64,000 bases of DNA from Gammaproteobacteria bacterium (GTDB lineage Bacteria > Pseudomonadota > Gammaproteobacteria > Eutrophobiales > Eutrophobiaceae), in the NCBI GenBank assembly GCA_965243205.1, contig CBDEUK010000002.1, forward strand, positions 1,312,001 to 1,376,000, read 5' to 3'. Positions 46,742-57,171 of the stretch are shown piece by piece. How positions within the stretch are numbered: position 1 is the stretch's first letter; every line of letters starts with the position of its first letter. The notes under the pieces were generated by a model. That model was not told the DNA's origin, ran no database searches, and saw only the letters and a list, made by a program, of their open reading frames with translations. The translations under genes were made by a program, and so were the position numbers.

Positions 46742-48034
46742 ATGCAAACTCGCGCTACTGCTGCCCAAATTATTAATGACGTAGTAGTAAACCGTCATTC
46801 ATTAACTAAGCTACTTGAGCGTATTATTGCTAAAGAAATCGATTCAAGAAATCGAGCAATGCTGCAAGATTTATGCTTTGGCGTATTACGTTGGTATCAA
46901 TTACTCGAACGCTACCTTGAACAATTAATTGAAAAACCTATCAAACCTAAAGATGCAGAATTAAAACAATTATTATTAATTGGTTTGTATCAAATCATAT
47001 ATCAACAGACTCCAAACCACGCTGCGGTTTCCGAATGTGTTAATGCTTGTGATGATTTAAAAAAAACCTGGGCTAAGAAATTAGTCAATGCCGTATTAAG
47101 AAGATTTATTCGTGAACAAGAATCAATAGAAAATAAACTTCATTCGCAAGATTCATTTTCACACCCTGCTTGGCTAATTAAACAATTAAAATCAGATTGG
47201 CCTGAGCAGTTTCAAAACATCTTAAACGGCAATCAATTACAAGCTCCTCTAACTCTACGAATCAATCAAACTAAGATTTCTCGAGATGATTATCTAAATA
47301 CATTAGAACATGCATCTATTGAAGCAACAGAAACAAAACATTCATTGTATGGCATTCATTTAAATAAAAGCATAGATATAAAAAAATTACCTGGTTATGA
47401 AGAAGGTTTATTCAGTGTCCAAGATGAAGCGGCACAATTTGCTGCTATCTTATTAGACATAGAAAAAGACCAACGAGTGTTGGATGCCTGTGCTGCGCCT
47501 GGAGGCAAAACAACACATTGTCTTGAGTCTCAAGTAGAGCTAACAGAATTAATCGCATTAGATAACAATCCGCAACGAATCAAACGTGTTGAAGAAAACC
47601 TAAATCGCCTAAGCTTAGAAGCTACTACAATAGTTGGTGATGCCTCAAAGCCAAATATTTGGTGGGATAATAAATTATTTGATCGAATTTTATTAGATGT
47701 TCCATGTACCGCTTCAGGGATCATTCGTCGTCATCCAGATATTAAGTTTTTACGTCAAGAACAGGATATCGCTAAGGTCATATCTGAACAAACAACTCTC
47801 CTAGAAAATATTTGGCCCCTATTAAAACCGAACGGAAAATTACTCTATTCGACCTGTTCTGTATTTAAAGCTGAAAATGATCAGCAAATTCAATTATTTC
47901 TTAAACAACATGAAGATGCGCAATTGAAGCCTATCGATGTCACATGGGGAAATAAAACGCAATGTGGGGTTCAAGTATTTCCAGGACAAGATAATATGGA
48001 CGGATTCTATTATTCCTGCATAATCAAAACATGA
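46742..48034 (+). CDS. rsmB: 16S rRNA m5C967 methyltransferase RsmB
   Basis: NusB-like N-terminus, VQDEAAQ, LDACAAPGGKT, ILLDVPCTASGIIRRHPDI, YSTCS. Confidence 0.97.
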   Translation: MQTRATAAQIINDVVVNRHSLTKLLERIIAKEIDSRNRAMLQDLCFGVLRWYQLLERYLEQLIEKPIKPKDAELKQLLLIGLYQIIYQQTPNHAAVSECVNACDDLKKTWAKKLVNAVLRRFIREQESIENKLHSQDSFSHPAWLIKQLKSDWPEQFQNILNGNQLQAPLTLRINQTKISRDDYLNTLEHASIEATETKHSLYGIHLNKSIDIKKLPGYEEGLFSVQDEAAQFAAILLDIEKDQRVLDACAAPGGKTTHCLESQVELTELIALDNNPQRIKRVEENLNRLSLEATTIVGDASKPNIWWDNKLFDRILLDVPCTASGIIRRHPDIKFLRQEQDIAKVISEQTTLLENIWPLLKPNGKLLYSTCSVFKAENDQQIQLFLKQHEDAQLKPIDVTWGNKTQCGVQVFPGQDNMDGFYYSCIIKT

Positions 48035-48600
48035 CGTTAAAACCCAGATCATATCTATACTTATTATTGTTGATATCAACAGGGTTATGCATACCAGACA
48101 ATCTTTTGGCACAAGGAATTAGTATTAAAGAGGGTTCTATTAGCAAAGACGATACGAGCTATTACTTCAACGCAAAAGTTGATTGTGATCTATCTGAAGA
48201 ATCTATAGAAGCTTTACATCATGGGGTAGCACTGCAAATCCTAGTAGATATTAAAACCCAAATAAAACGTAAATTTCTCTGGGATAAAACTATAAATCAT
48301 TCCACGATTGCCTACAAAATTGAATTTCATCCGTTAACTGAACGCTATTTATTAACAGAATTGAATCGTTATAAACGACAAGATTTCCAATACTTATCCA
48401 AAGCATTGGAAGCGCTTGGTAAAATTAATGATTGGCCCTTAATTGCATTAGGTGAATTAAATTCTGAGAATGATTATATCGTATTAGTGAAAGCAAAACT
48501 TGATATCGAAGCATTACCTGCACCATTAAGACCCATGGCTTTTATTTCAAAAAACTGGCGAATGAGTAGTGATTGGCAACAATGGGAGTTAAGCCAATGA
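48031..48600 (+). CDS. Exported DUF4390-like protein
   Basis: Signal peptide, AL.HGV.L, YKIEFHPLT.RY, LD.EALPAPLRP.A...NW...SDW; conserved position between rsmB and the NtrY-like kinase. Confidence 0.8.
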   Translation: MTLKPRSYLYLLLLISTGLCIPDNLLAQGISIKEGSISKDDTSYYFNAKVDCDLSEESIEALHHGVALQILVDIKTQIKRKFLWDKTINHSTIAYKIEFHPLTERYLLTELNRYKRQDFQYLSKALEALGKINDWPLIALGELNSENDYIVLVKAKLDIEALPAPLRPMAFISKNWRMSSDWQQWELSQ

Positions 48601-50759
48601 AAAAAAGTGGTCGTCTCATTTTAATCATAGGTTTATTGCTATTTAGTTTTATGCTGTTCTCATTGTTTATGATGAGCAATGCACTGGAAGATTCCCAACG
48701 TTTTGGTAATTTGTTTTTCGTATTATTAATACTGAATACACTCTGCGTTATTACTCTAATCATTTTAATTATTCTTAACTTCAAACGATTAAGACGTGAT
48801 TTAAAACATAATGTAGCTGGTTCATTTTTAACTTTAAGAATGGTTATTATGTTCTCTTTGTTATCAATCACACCGGTTTTGATCGTTTATTATTTTTCCT
48901 TAGACTTTCTATTGCGCGGTATTGATAACTGGTTTGATTTGCGTGTTGAACAAGCGCTCGATGATTCACTTGAGTTAAGTAAAATTTCTCTAGATGGTCG
49001 CATGCAAGAATTATTAAAACAAACAGATCAAGTTGCTGATGAACTCAGTGAAATTAGCGATGCTGCTACTCCATTTGAAATTGATGAACTAAGAGCTCGT
49101 ATTGGCGCAGAAGAACTCACGGTATTGACACGACAAGGTACTATCATCGCTTCAAGTAGTGGTGATAGTTTAAACTTGGTACCAGATAGCCCAGATGAAT
49201 CTGTACTTTTACAATTACAACAAGGTAAGAGTTATGCTGGGCTTGATCCAGTAGGTGAGTCAGGTTTATTTATTCGAATTGCAGTGAATATTCCTGAATT
49301 GAATGTAGGAACCATACCGCGTATTGTGCAAACATTATTTCCAGTAGAAGAACGCATCACTAACCTGGCAAATAATGTGCAAACTGCCTTTGTTGACTAT
49401 CAAGAACTTTCGTATTTACGCGAACAATTAAAACTAAGCTTCGCCATGATTCTTACATTGGCATTACTATTTAGTATATTTAGTGTGTTATGGGCTGCTT
49501 TTTATTCTGCTAAAAAGATTGCTCAGCCAGTTCGTGATTTAGCAAAAGGTACTCGTGCAGTTGCCGAAGGTAATTATGACATGCAACTACCTGTCACCAG
49601 TCGCGATGAACTAGGTTTTTTAGTTGCTTCGTTTAATGACATGACCAATCAAATTGCAAGAGCACGTAACCAAGCAGATGTCAGTAAAAAAGAAGCTGAA
49701 GCTCAACGTTCAAGACTCGAAACCATATTGGAAAAATTGACTTCAGGCGTATTAGTTTTTAATAACGAATTAAAATTAATCATAGCCAATAATAGTTCAC
49801 AACAAATACTAGGGATCGATTTACAAAATGAAATCGGTGAAAACCCTAAAAAACTCTCCGATAAATATCCAAGTTTAGAAAGTCTTTTTGGAAGTATTAG
49901 TCATCATGCCAATAAGTCAGAATCTGATTGGCGAGAACAAATTGAGTTATTTAGTAGTACTGGCCGGCAAGATTTAATCTGTAGTGGCACACTCTTATCT
50001 GTTGTGCCTTCAGTAAATACTGGCTTAGTCGTTGTGTTCGATGACATCACAGCATTAATACAAGGTCAAAGAGATGCTGCATGGAGCGAAATGGCAAGGC
50101 GTCTAGCACATGAAATTAAAAATCCTTTGACTCCAATACAACTTGCAGCTGAACGATTACGACATAAATATATGGATAGCATGAACGACATTGAATCCGA
50201 AATGTTAGAACGATTAACCAACACCATCATTCAACAAGTAGATACGATGAAAAGCATGGTTAATAGTTTTTCAGAATACGCATACACACCGACTATTGAA
50301 TTGACTACTTTTCAACTCAACAAACTAATACAGGAAGTAGCAACGCTGTATCGAAATAATGAAAAGAATATTCAAATCGAATTAGAGCTTGCTGACGATT
50401 TGCCTGAAATCAATATTGATTCAAAAAGAATACGCCAAGTACTTAATAACCTAGTAAAAAATGGACTTGAAGCAAGCAATGAAAATGGACATTTATTCAT
50501 ATCCTCTAAACTAATTATTGAAGGTTCAAACCAATTTATTGAACTTATCATTCGTGATCATGGCCGTGGTATTTCCGAAAATATCCAACAGCAAATTTTC
50601 GAACCCTATGTAACAACCAAACAAAAAGGCACAGGTTTAGGCCTTGCAATTGTGAAAAAAATAATTGATGAGCATTCTGGCATTGTTAAGATAGATAACA
50701 ATGAAGATTCTACTGGTGCCTATGTCATGATACGCTTACCCATTCGTAATCATTCATAA
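48597..50759 (+). CDS. NtrY-like (PlrS/EsaS-type) membrane sensor histidine kinase with HAMP and PAS domains
   Basis: GIDNWF, HAMP (DELGFLVASFN.MT), H-box AWSEMARRLAHEIKNPLTPIQL.AERL, FEPYVTTK.KGTGLGLAIV. ATG at 48597 overlaps the upstream stop (ATGA) and has a GGGAG SD. Confidence 0.9.
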   Translation: MKKSGRLILIIGLLLFSFMLFSLFMMSNALEDSQRFGNLFFVLLILNTLCVITLIILIILNFKRLRRDLKHNVAGSFLTLRMVIMFSLLSITPVLIVYYFSLDFLLRGIDNWFDLRVEQALDDSLELSKISLDGRMQELLKQTDQVADELSEISDAATPFEIDELRARIGAEELTVLTRQGTIIASSSGDSLNLVPDSPDESVLLQLQQGKSYAGLDPVGESGLFIRIAVNIPELNVGTIPRIVQTLFPVEERITNLANNVQTAFVDYQELSYLREQLKLSFAMILTLALLFSIFSVLWAAFYSAKKIAQPVRDLAKGTRAVAEGNYDMQLPVTSRDELGFLVASFNDMTNQIARARNQADVSKKEAEAQRSRLETILEKLTSGVLVFNNELKLIIANNSSQQILGIDLQNEIGENPKKLSDKYPSLESLFGSISHHANKSESDWREQIELFSSTGRQDLICSGTLLSVVPSVNTGLVVVFDDITALIQGQRDAAWSEMARRLAHEIKNPLTPIQLAAERLRHKYMDSMNDIESEMLERLTNTIIQQVDTMKSMVNSFSEYAYTPTIELTTFQLNKLIQEVATLYRNNEKNIQIELELADDLPEINIDSKRIRQVLNNLVKNGLEASNENGHLFISSKLIIEGSNQFIELIIRDHGRGISENIQQQIFEPYVTTKQKGTGLGLAIVKKIIDEHSGIVKIDNNEDSTGAYVMIRLPIRNHS

Positions 50760-50793
50760 ATTCAACAAGCACAGTCTTAAAGGTTAATACGAT

Positions 50794-52149
50794 ATGATGT
50801 CAGCAAATGTTTTGGTGGTAGATGACGAACCTGACATTTGTAGTCTGGTAAAAGAAATTCTGCAAGATGAAGGATTAAATGTACAAATTGCTCACAATGG
50901 AGAAGAAGCAAAGTCATTAAAAGAACAAATCGAACCTGATCTAATATTGCTTGATATCTGGATGCCGGATATAGATGGCATCAGCGTTCTTAAAGAATGG
51001 AAAAATAATAATAAGCTATCCGCACCAGTAGTAATGATGTCTGGTCATGGCACGGTTGAAACCGCTGTTGAAGCAACTAGGCTAGGTGCCTATGACTTTA
51101 TTGAAAAGCCATTATCACTTGCAAAACTTCTACTGACAGTTAAACACGCCCTAGAACATTCCACACTACACAAAGAAAATAAACGTCTAACAAAAATTTC
51201 GCAATTTCAAACAGCTCCGATTGGCAAAAGCCAAATGATGCAAGACCTGCGTAATCAAATCCAAAAAATTGCTAACCATAATACCCCTGTATTAATTACT
51301 GGTGAAAACGGAACAGATAAAGAACTTTATGCGAGATATATACATAATCAAAGTGAACGAGCCAATCAACCATTATTAGCCATAGGCTTCTCAGCTTTAA
51401 CCACAGAAAATGCAGATAATGAATTATTTGGCATACAAAATGAGCACAGAATTGAATCCGGTTTATTTGAAAAAGCCAATGGTGGTAGCTTATATTTAAA
51501 AGATATCACCGATATGTCCGCAAACATTCAAGGAAAAATCCAAGCTGCTTTAGAAACAAAACAAATAACCAGAATTGGTAGCTCGGAGCCCATATCGATT
51601 GATGTACGTATTATTGCAGCAACCCGTGAAAGTCTTGAACCCAAAGTACAATCCGGAAACTTCCGAGATGATTTATTCTATCAATTATCTGTAGTACCGA
51701 TTGAAATACCACCATTACGTGATCATGCTGAAGATATTCCTGAGTTACTCGAATATTATGCAAACGTTTTTGTGGAACGTGAAAACTTAAGCTATCGAAA
51801 GTTTTCAGTCGCCGCTCAAAACCGCCTTCGAGGCTATCACTGGCCCGGCAATGTAAGAGAGTTACGAAATCTTGTACAACGATTATTGATTTTGGGCTCC
51901 AATGAAATTATCGAACTCTCCGAACTGGATTCCAACCTAGGAAAAAATATTGAAAAGACTGCTGAGCTGGATGGTGTCAACTTAGATTTACCGATTCGCG
52001 AAGCCAGAGAACAATTTGAACGTGAGTATTTTGAATATCAACTACAAAAGAATGGAGGAAGTGTGAGCAAAGTTGCTCAAATTGCAGGCATGGAACGAAC
52101 CCATTTATATAGAAAATTAAAATCACTGGATATCGATATCAAAAACTAA
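50794..52149 (+). CDS. NtrX-like response regulator (REC, degenerate AAA+, Fis HTH)
   Basis: LVVDDEPDI, LLDIWMPD.DG, MMSGHGTVETAVEATRLGA.DFIEKP, WPGNVREL.N, REAREQFEREY, GMERTHLYRKLK; no GAFTGA. Confidence 0.9.
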   Translation: MMSANVLVVDDEPDICSLVKEILQDEGLNVQIAHNGEEAKSLKEQIEPDLILLDIWMPDIDGISVLKEWKNNNKLSAPVVMMSGHGTVETAVEATRLGAYDFIEKPLSLAKLLLTVKHALEHSTLHKENKRLTKISQFQTAPIGKSQMMQDLRNQIQKIANHNTPVLITGENGTDKELYARYIHNQSERANQPLLAIGFSALTTENADNELFGIQNEHRIESGLFEKANGGSLYLKDITDMSANIQGKIQAALETKQITRIGSSEPISIDVRIIAATRESLEPKVQSGNFRDDLFYQLSVVPIEIPPLRDHAEDIPELLEYYANVFVERENLSYRKFSVAAQNRLRGYHWPGNVRELRNLVQRLLILGSNEIIELSELDSNLGKNIEKTAELDGVNLDLPIREAREQFEREYFEYQLQKNGGSVSKVAQIAGMERTHLYRKLKSLDIDIKN

Positions 52150-52242
52150 GAAAAACGAAACGAACTCGCTATAATTTTAAAATTCACTCATAATCCGCAA
52201 AATTTAAATCTGCTCTTGGCACTATTAATATAAAATAACAAT

Positions 52243-53616
52243 ATGAAAATCATCATTTTAGGTGCAGGACAAGTTGGTTCATCAGTAGCCATTAATTTAG
52301 TTAATGAAGCTAATGACATCACTGTAGTTGATAGTAACCCAACTTGCTTACAAACCTTGGGCGAACGCTACGATTTAAGAACGGTTCATGGGATTGCTTC
52401 CTATCCATCTGTACTCGCGGCCGCTGGTGCTAAAGATGCTGACATGATCTTAGCAGTAACCAATAGTGATGAAATTAATATGATTGCTTGTCAGGTTGCC
52501 TATACCCTATTCCATACACCTACTAAAATTGCTCGTGTAAGAAACAGTGAATATTTAAATAACACGCCTTTATTTGCTCAAGAAGCATTACCTATTGATG
52601 TTTTGATCAGCCCTGAACAAGTTGTTACCGAATACATTGAACGCCTAATTCGTTACCCAGGAGCTCTGCAAGTCTTAGACTTTTCTCAAGGCCATGCCCA
52701 AATGGTTGGTGTTAAAGCATTCAGACAAGGTCCGCTTTCAGGCCGTACCATAAAAGAACTGCGCGAATACATGCCACAAATTGAATATCGTATTGCAGCT
52801 ATCTTTCGTGAGGGCGAAGCAATTATTCCTAAAGGCGATACTTTAATCTTAGCAAATGACGAATTATTTATACTTGGTGCTCCTAAACATATTCGTGCTT
52901 TAATGAAAGTCATTCGTAATCTTGAAAAGAATGTACAACGCATTATGTTAGCCGGCGGCGGTCATATTGGAATTCGTTTAGCTCAGGCATTAGAAAATTA
53001 TTATTCTGTTAAGTTGATTGAAATGGATCCAGCTCGTGCTGAAATGGCTTCAGAAGAGCTTTCTAATACAATTGTTTTATTAGGCGATGCTGCTGACGAA
53101 GAATTATTAATTGAAGAAAATATTCAAGACATGGATGTATTTTGTGCTTTAACCAACGCAGATGAAGCCAATATTATTTCTTCCATGCTAGCGAAACGTT
53201 TGGGTGCAAATAAAGTGATGTCTCTGATAAATCGCGCAGCTTATGTTGATCTTGTACAAAGTAATATGATTGACATTGCCATTTCACCACAACAAGCGAC
53301 TATTGGTAATTTATTATCACATGTAAGAAAAGGTGATGTCGTTGTCGTTCACTCTTTACGACGTGGTGCTGCTGAGGCCATTGAAGCAATTGCCCATGGT
53401 GATAAAAACTCTTCTAAAGTTGTCGGCAGAAGAATTGATGAAATACCTTTACCTGATGATACTTCAATCGGTGCAATTGTGAGAGACGGTGAAGTTATCA
53501 TTGCGCATCACGATACCGAAGTGCAATCGGAAGATCATTTAATCTTGTTAGTAGCAGATAAGAAAAGGGTCGCCGAAGTTGAGCGTTTATTCCAAGTTGG
53601 CATCACTTTTTTATAA
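52243..53616 (+). CDS. trkA: Trk potassium uptake system NAD-binding subunit TrkA
   Basis: MKIIILGAGQVG, AVTNSDE.NM.ACQ, second GGGHIG, SLRRGAAEAIEA.AHGD. Confidence 0.97.
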   Translation: MKIIILGAGQVGSSVAINLVNEANDITVVDSNPTCLQTLGERYDLRTVHGIASYPSVLAAAGAKDADMILAVTNSDEINMIACQVAYTLFHTPTKIARVRNSEYLNNTPLFAQEALPIDVLISPEQVVTEYIERLIRYPGALQVLDFSQGHAQMVGVKAFRQGPLSGRTIKELREYMPQIEYRIAAIFREGEAIIPKGDTLILANDELFILGAPKHIRALMKVIRNLEKNVQRIMLAGGGHIGIRLAQALENYYSVKLIEMDPARAEMASEELSNTIVLLGDAADEELLIEENIQDMDVFCALTNADEANIISSMLAKRLGANKVMSLINRAAYVDLVQSNMIDIAISPQQATIGNLLSHVRKGDVVVVHSLRRGAAEAIEAIAHGDKNSSKVVGRRIDEIPLPDDTSIGAIVRDGEVIIAHHDTEVQSEDHLILLVADKKRVAEVERLFQVGITFL

Positions 53617-53641
53617 ACCCATACATCATTTATAATAATCT

Positions 53642-55093
53642 ATGCAACTGTCAGTAATACAACGAGTACTTGGAATATTATTGGCGTTATTCAGCTTAAC
53701 TTTATTACCACCAATGGTTGTGAGTGTTCTAACACACGATTCTAATTTTTTAACATTTTTATACGCTTTTTTACTCATTCTTGTTACAGGCATCATTCTT
53801 TGGTATCCAGTAAGAAATATTCATAAAGAATTACGATTACGTGATGGCTTTGTTGTAGTCGTTTTATTCTGGACGGTACTTAGTTTATCAGGCGCTGTTC
53901 CTTTAATGATTGCCGAAAATCCACATCTAAGTCCTACTGATGCTATCTTTGAATCCATGTCTGCATTAACCACCACTGGTGCAACTGTTATTGTGGGTAT
54001 TGATGATTTACCGAAATCCATTCAGTTTTATCGACAAGAACTTCAATGGTTAGGTGGTATGGGTATTATCGTATTAGCTGTTGCCATCTTACCAATATTA
54101 GGCATAGGTGGTATGCAACTGTATCGAGCAGAGACTCCAGGCCCTATTAAGGATTCAAAACTGACTCCTAGAATCACTGAAACTGCTAAAGCACTTTGGT
54201 ATATCTACTTATCGTTAACAATTGCATGCGCTGTTTTATATTGGATATTTGGCATGACGGTGTTTGATGCGATATCACACAGCTTTTCTACAGTTTCTAT
54301 TGGTGGCTTCTCAACGCATGATGCAAGTTTGGGGTATTTTGACAATATTTATATCGAACTTGTCGCGTCCTTTTTTATGTTAATAGCAGGAATTAATTTT
54401 ACCTTACACTATATTGCTTTTAGACATGGAAGCCTTACTGCATATATTCACGATACAGAGTTAAAAACCTATCTATTCGTTCTATTATTAGTCTTTGTTA
54501 TTTGTTCTTCGTATCTTATCAAAACTGGTTTTTACGCTACTGAACATGATGCTATTGTAGATAGTCTGTTCCATACCGTTTCGATTGCTACTACTACAGG
54601 TTTTACAACAACTACATATCAAAACTGGCCAAACTTTCTACCTATATTATTATTATTCGCAAGCTTCATTGGAGCTTGTGCAGGTTCTACAGGTGGCGGC
54701 ATGAAAGTCATTCGTATGGTCTTGTTATTCAAACAAGGTATGCGTGAAATAAAACGTTTAATGCACCCTAATGCTCTCATCCCAATTAAAATTGATAAGA
54801 AACCAGTACAAGAACGAGTAATTAACGCGGTTTGGGGATTCTTTGCAACGTATGTTGCTTTATTTGGTTTATTATTATTAGTCTTAATGGCAACAGGTCT
54901 AGATCAAGTGACTGCATTTTCTGCTATGGCCGCCTGTATGAATAACTTAGGCCCAGGTTTGGGTGATGTCAGTGCTCATTACGGTAACATCAGCGATCAA
55001 GCAAAATGGGTTTTATGTTTCGCTATGTTATTAGGCCGCTTAGAAATCTTTACCCTGTTAGTATTATTTACTCCTGCATTTTGGAGACTCTAG
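53642..55093 (+). CDS. trkH: Trk potassium uptake membrane protein TrkH
   Basis: FESMS.LTTTGAT, QWLGGMGIIVLAVA, GGFSTHD, GSTGGGMK, NNLGPGLG, MLLGRLEIFT. Confidence 0.97.
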   Translation: MQLSVIQRVLGILLALFSLTLLPPMVVSVLTHDSNFLTFLYAFLLILVTGIILWYPVRNIHKELRLRDGFVVVVLFWTVLSLSGAVPLMIAENPHLSPTDAIFESMSALTTTGATVIVGIDDLPKSIQFYRQELQWLGGMGIIVLAVAILPILGIGGMQLYRAETPGPIKDSKLTPRITETAKALWYIYLSLTIACAVLYWIFGMTVFDAISHSFSTVSIGGFSTHDASLGYFDNIYIELVASFFMLIAGINFTLHYIAFRHGSLTAYIHDTELKTYLFVLLLVFVICSSYLIKTGFYATEHDAIVDSLFHTVSIATTTGFTTTTYQNWPNFLPILLLFASFIGACAGSTGGGMKVIRMVLLFKQGMREIKRLMHPNALIPIKIDKKPVQERVINAVWGFFATYVALFGLLLLVLMATGLDQVTAFSAMAACMNNLGPGLGDVSAHYGNISDQAKWVLCFAMLLGRLEIFTLLVLFTPAFWRL

Positions 55094-55102
55094 AAATATT
55101 TT

Positions 55103-55678
55103 ATGACTGATTCAGACGATGCAAAAAAATGGAACGCCATTTATGAAAAAAATGAATTTGCATTTTATCCTCCGTGTAAAGTCTTACATCAAAACATTCA
55201 TTTGTTACCAAAAACGGGCTCTGCTTTAGATCTCGCATGCGGTACAGGACGAAATGCTATTGCACTGGCCAAACAAAGCCTAGATACAACAGCGATTGAT
55301 GTTTCTGAAGTAGCTATTAGTAAACTTCTCAATTATGCGACAACTGAAAATTTAAAAATTAATGCACTAGCCAGCGATTTAAACAAAGAACCTCTAAATT
55401 ACAAATATGATGTCATTGTTGTTAGTCATTACTTGAACCGTAATATTATTCCTAATATTAAATCTGCTCTGAACGAAAATGGCTTAATTTTTTATCAAAC
55501 ATTTATAAAAAATAAGGTCGATGATATTGGTCCTAGTAATCCAGATTATTTATTAGATCAAAATGAATTGCTTGAGCTATTCAAAGAGTACGAAGTTTTA
55601 CTTTATCGTGAAGAAGGCATTGTTGGTGATATCGAACAAGGTTTTCGAAATGAAGCAATGATTGTTGTTAAAAAATAA
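55103..55678 (+). CDS. Class I SAM-dependent methyltransferase (TehB-like)
   Basis: ALDLACGTGRNA, DVSEVA, YDVIVVSHYL.R, GP.NP.YLL...EL. Confidence 0.8.
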   Translation: MTDSDDAKKWNAIYEKNEFAFYPPCKVLHQNIHLLPKTGSALDLACGTGRNAIALAKQSLDTTAIDVSEVAISKLLNYATTENLKINALASDLNKEPLNYKYDVIVVSHYLNRNIIPNIKSALNENGLIFYQTFIKNKVDDIGPSNPDYLLDQNELLELFKEYEVLLYREEGIVGDIEQGFRNEAMIVVKK

Positions 55679-55686
55679 TTACGCTT

Positions 55687-56712
55687 ATGTCTTTATATAA
55701 TCTTGCAAAACTATTTTTATTTCGCTTCAGTGGTGAAAATGCACATTCAATTGCGTTTGCCTTACTTAATCTATCCAAGAAATTAAATATTCTAAAATGG
55801 TTTATAAAAAAACCAAAAAACATACCTATCACAATTGCAAATATTACTTTTCCTAATCCAGTAGGGCTTGCAGCAGGTCTAGATAAGAACGGTGATTACA
55901 TTGATGCCCTGGCTGATTTAGGTTTTGGCTTTATCGAAATTGGTACCATCACTCCACGCCCACAACCAGGCAATCCTAAACCGCGACTATTTCGATTAAA
56001 GGAATATAACGCAATAATTAATCGCATGGGCTTTAATAATAAAGGCGTGAATTATCTTGTAGAAAAAGTAAAGCAATCAAATTTCGATGGCATACTTGGG
56101 ATTAATATTGGTAAAAACTTTGATACTGAAGTTGAAAATGCTGTAAACGATTATTTAATTTGTCTTGAAAAAGTCTATCAATACGCAAGCTATATTACTG
56201 TTAATATTTCTTCTCCAAACACACCTGGGCTGCGTAACTTGCAATATGGTGATACCTTACGTGATTTATTAATTCCTTTAAAAGAAAAACAAACTGAATT
56301 AACTAAAACGTTCGACTATAAACCTATCTTTGTAAAAATCGCACCAGACATGAATGAAGAAGAAATCGAAACCGTCGCAACAACATTAATTGAATGCAAT
56401 ATGGATGGAGTCATAGCAACTAATACAACCCTAGAACGCAACATGATCTGTGAATCTAAGTTCGCTGATGAAGCCGGTGGTTTATCTGGCAAACCCGTAG
56501 AAACATTATCGACTCAAACGATTAAACTGTTATCTAACAAGTTAAAAGGCAAATTACCTATCATAGGCGTTGGCGGCATTCATAATGGAGAATCTGCCGT
56601 TAATAAAATAAAAGCTGGGGCTTCACTCGTTCAAATCTACACAGGCTTTATTTATGAAGGGCCTGAATTAATTTCAAATTGCGTAGAAGCAATTTCTAAA
56701 GAAACTATCTAG
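55687..56712 (+). CDS. pyrD: Quinone-dependent dihydroorotate dehydrogenase (class 2)
   Basis: NPVGLAAGLDKNG, TPRPQPGNPKPRLFRL, INRMGFNN, NISSPNTPGLR, KIAPD, GGLSG. Confidence 0.98.
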   Translation: MSLYNLAKLFLFRFSGENAHSIAFALLNLSKKLNILKWFIKKPKNIPITIANITFPNPVGLAAGLDKNGDYIDALADLGFGFIEIGTITPRPQPGNPKPRLFRLKEYNAIINRMGFNNKGVNYLVEKVKQSNFDGILGINIGKNFDTEVENAVNDYLICLEKVYQYASYITVNISSPNTPGLRNLQYGDTLRDLLIPLKEKQTELTKTFDYKPIFVKIAPDMNEEEIETVATTLIECNMDGVIATNTTLERNMICESKFADEAGGLSGKPVETLSTQTIKLLSNKLKGKLPIIGVGGIHNGESAVNKIKAGASLVQIYTGFIYEGPELISNCVEAISKETI

Positions 56713-57168
56713 ATGTTTCATATAATTTTATACGAACCAGAGATCCCACCTAATACAGGAAATATTATTAGACTGTGTGCAAATACAGGCGCATCACTCC
56801 ATCTAATTCATCCTCTTGGTTTTGAACTCGAAGAAAAAAAATTAAGGCGTGCAGGACTTGATTACATTGAATGGGAAAATGTTAACGAATATCAAAACTA
56901 CGATGACTTAGTAAAACGTTTAAAACCAAAACGTATCTTTGCTATATCGACCAAAGGCAGTGTGCAACATACAATACCTGAATACCAAACAGGGGATGCT
57001 TTTATCTTTGGCCCAGAAACACGTGGCTTACCCGATAACATTAGAGAACATAAAAGTATGGATGGCATTATAAGAATCCCCATGATCGAAGGTAGCCGTA
57101 GCTTAAATCTATCTAACTCTGTCAGTATAATTTTGTATGAAGCCTGGAGACAATTGGATTTTCAATAA
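56713..57168 (+). CDS. trmL: tRNA (cytidine/uridine-34-2'-O)-methyltransferase TrmL
   Basis: EPEIPPNTGNIIRLCANTG, LRRAGLDY, FGPETRGLP, RSLNLSNS...YEAWRQ. Confidence 0.97.
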   Translation: MFHIILYEPEIPPNTGNIIRLCANTGASLHLIHPLGFELEEKKLRRAGLDYIEWENVNEYQNYDDLVKRLKPKRIFAISTKGSVQHTIPEYQTGDAFIFGPETRGLPDNIREHKSMDGIIRIPMIEGSRSLNLSNSVSIILYEAWRQLDFQ

Positions 57169-57171
57169 GTA

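Noticed and set aside
52150-52242. Possible K+-transport riboswitch (c-di-AMP/ydaO type) or sigma54 site upstream of trkA
   Set aside because: The spacer is only 93 nt and AT-rich with no riboswitch core; TTGGCAC is not followed by TTGC at the correct distance.
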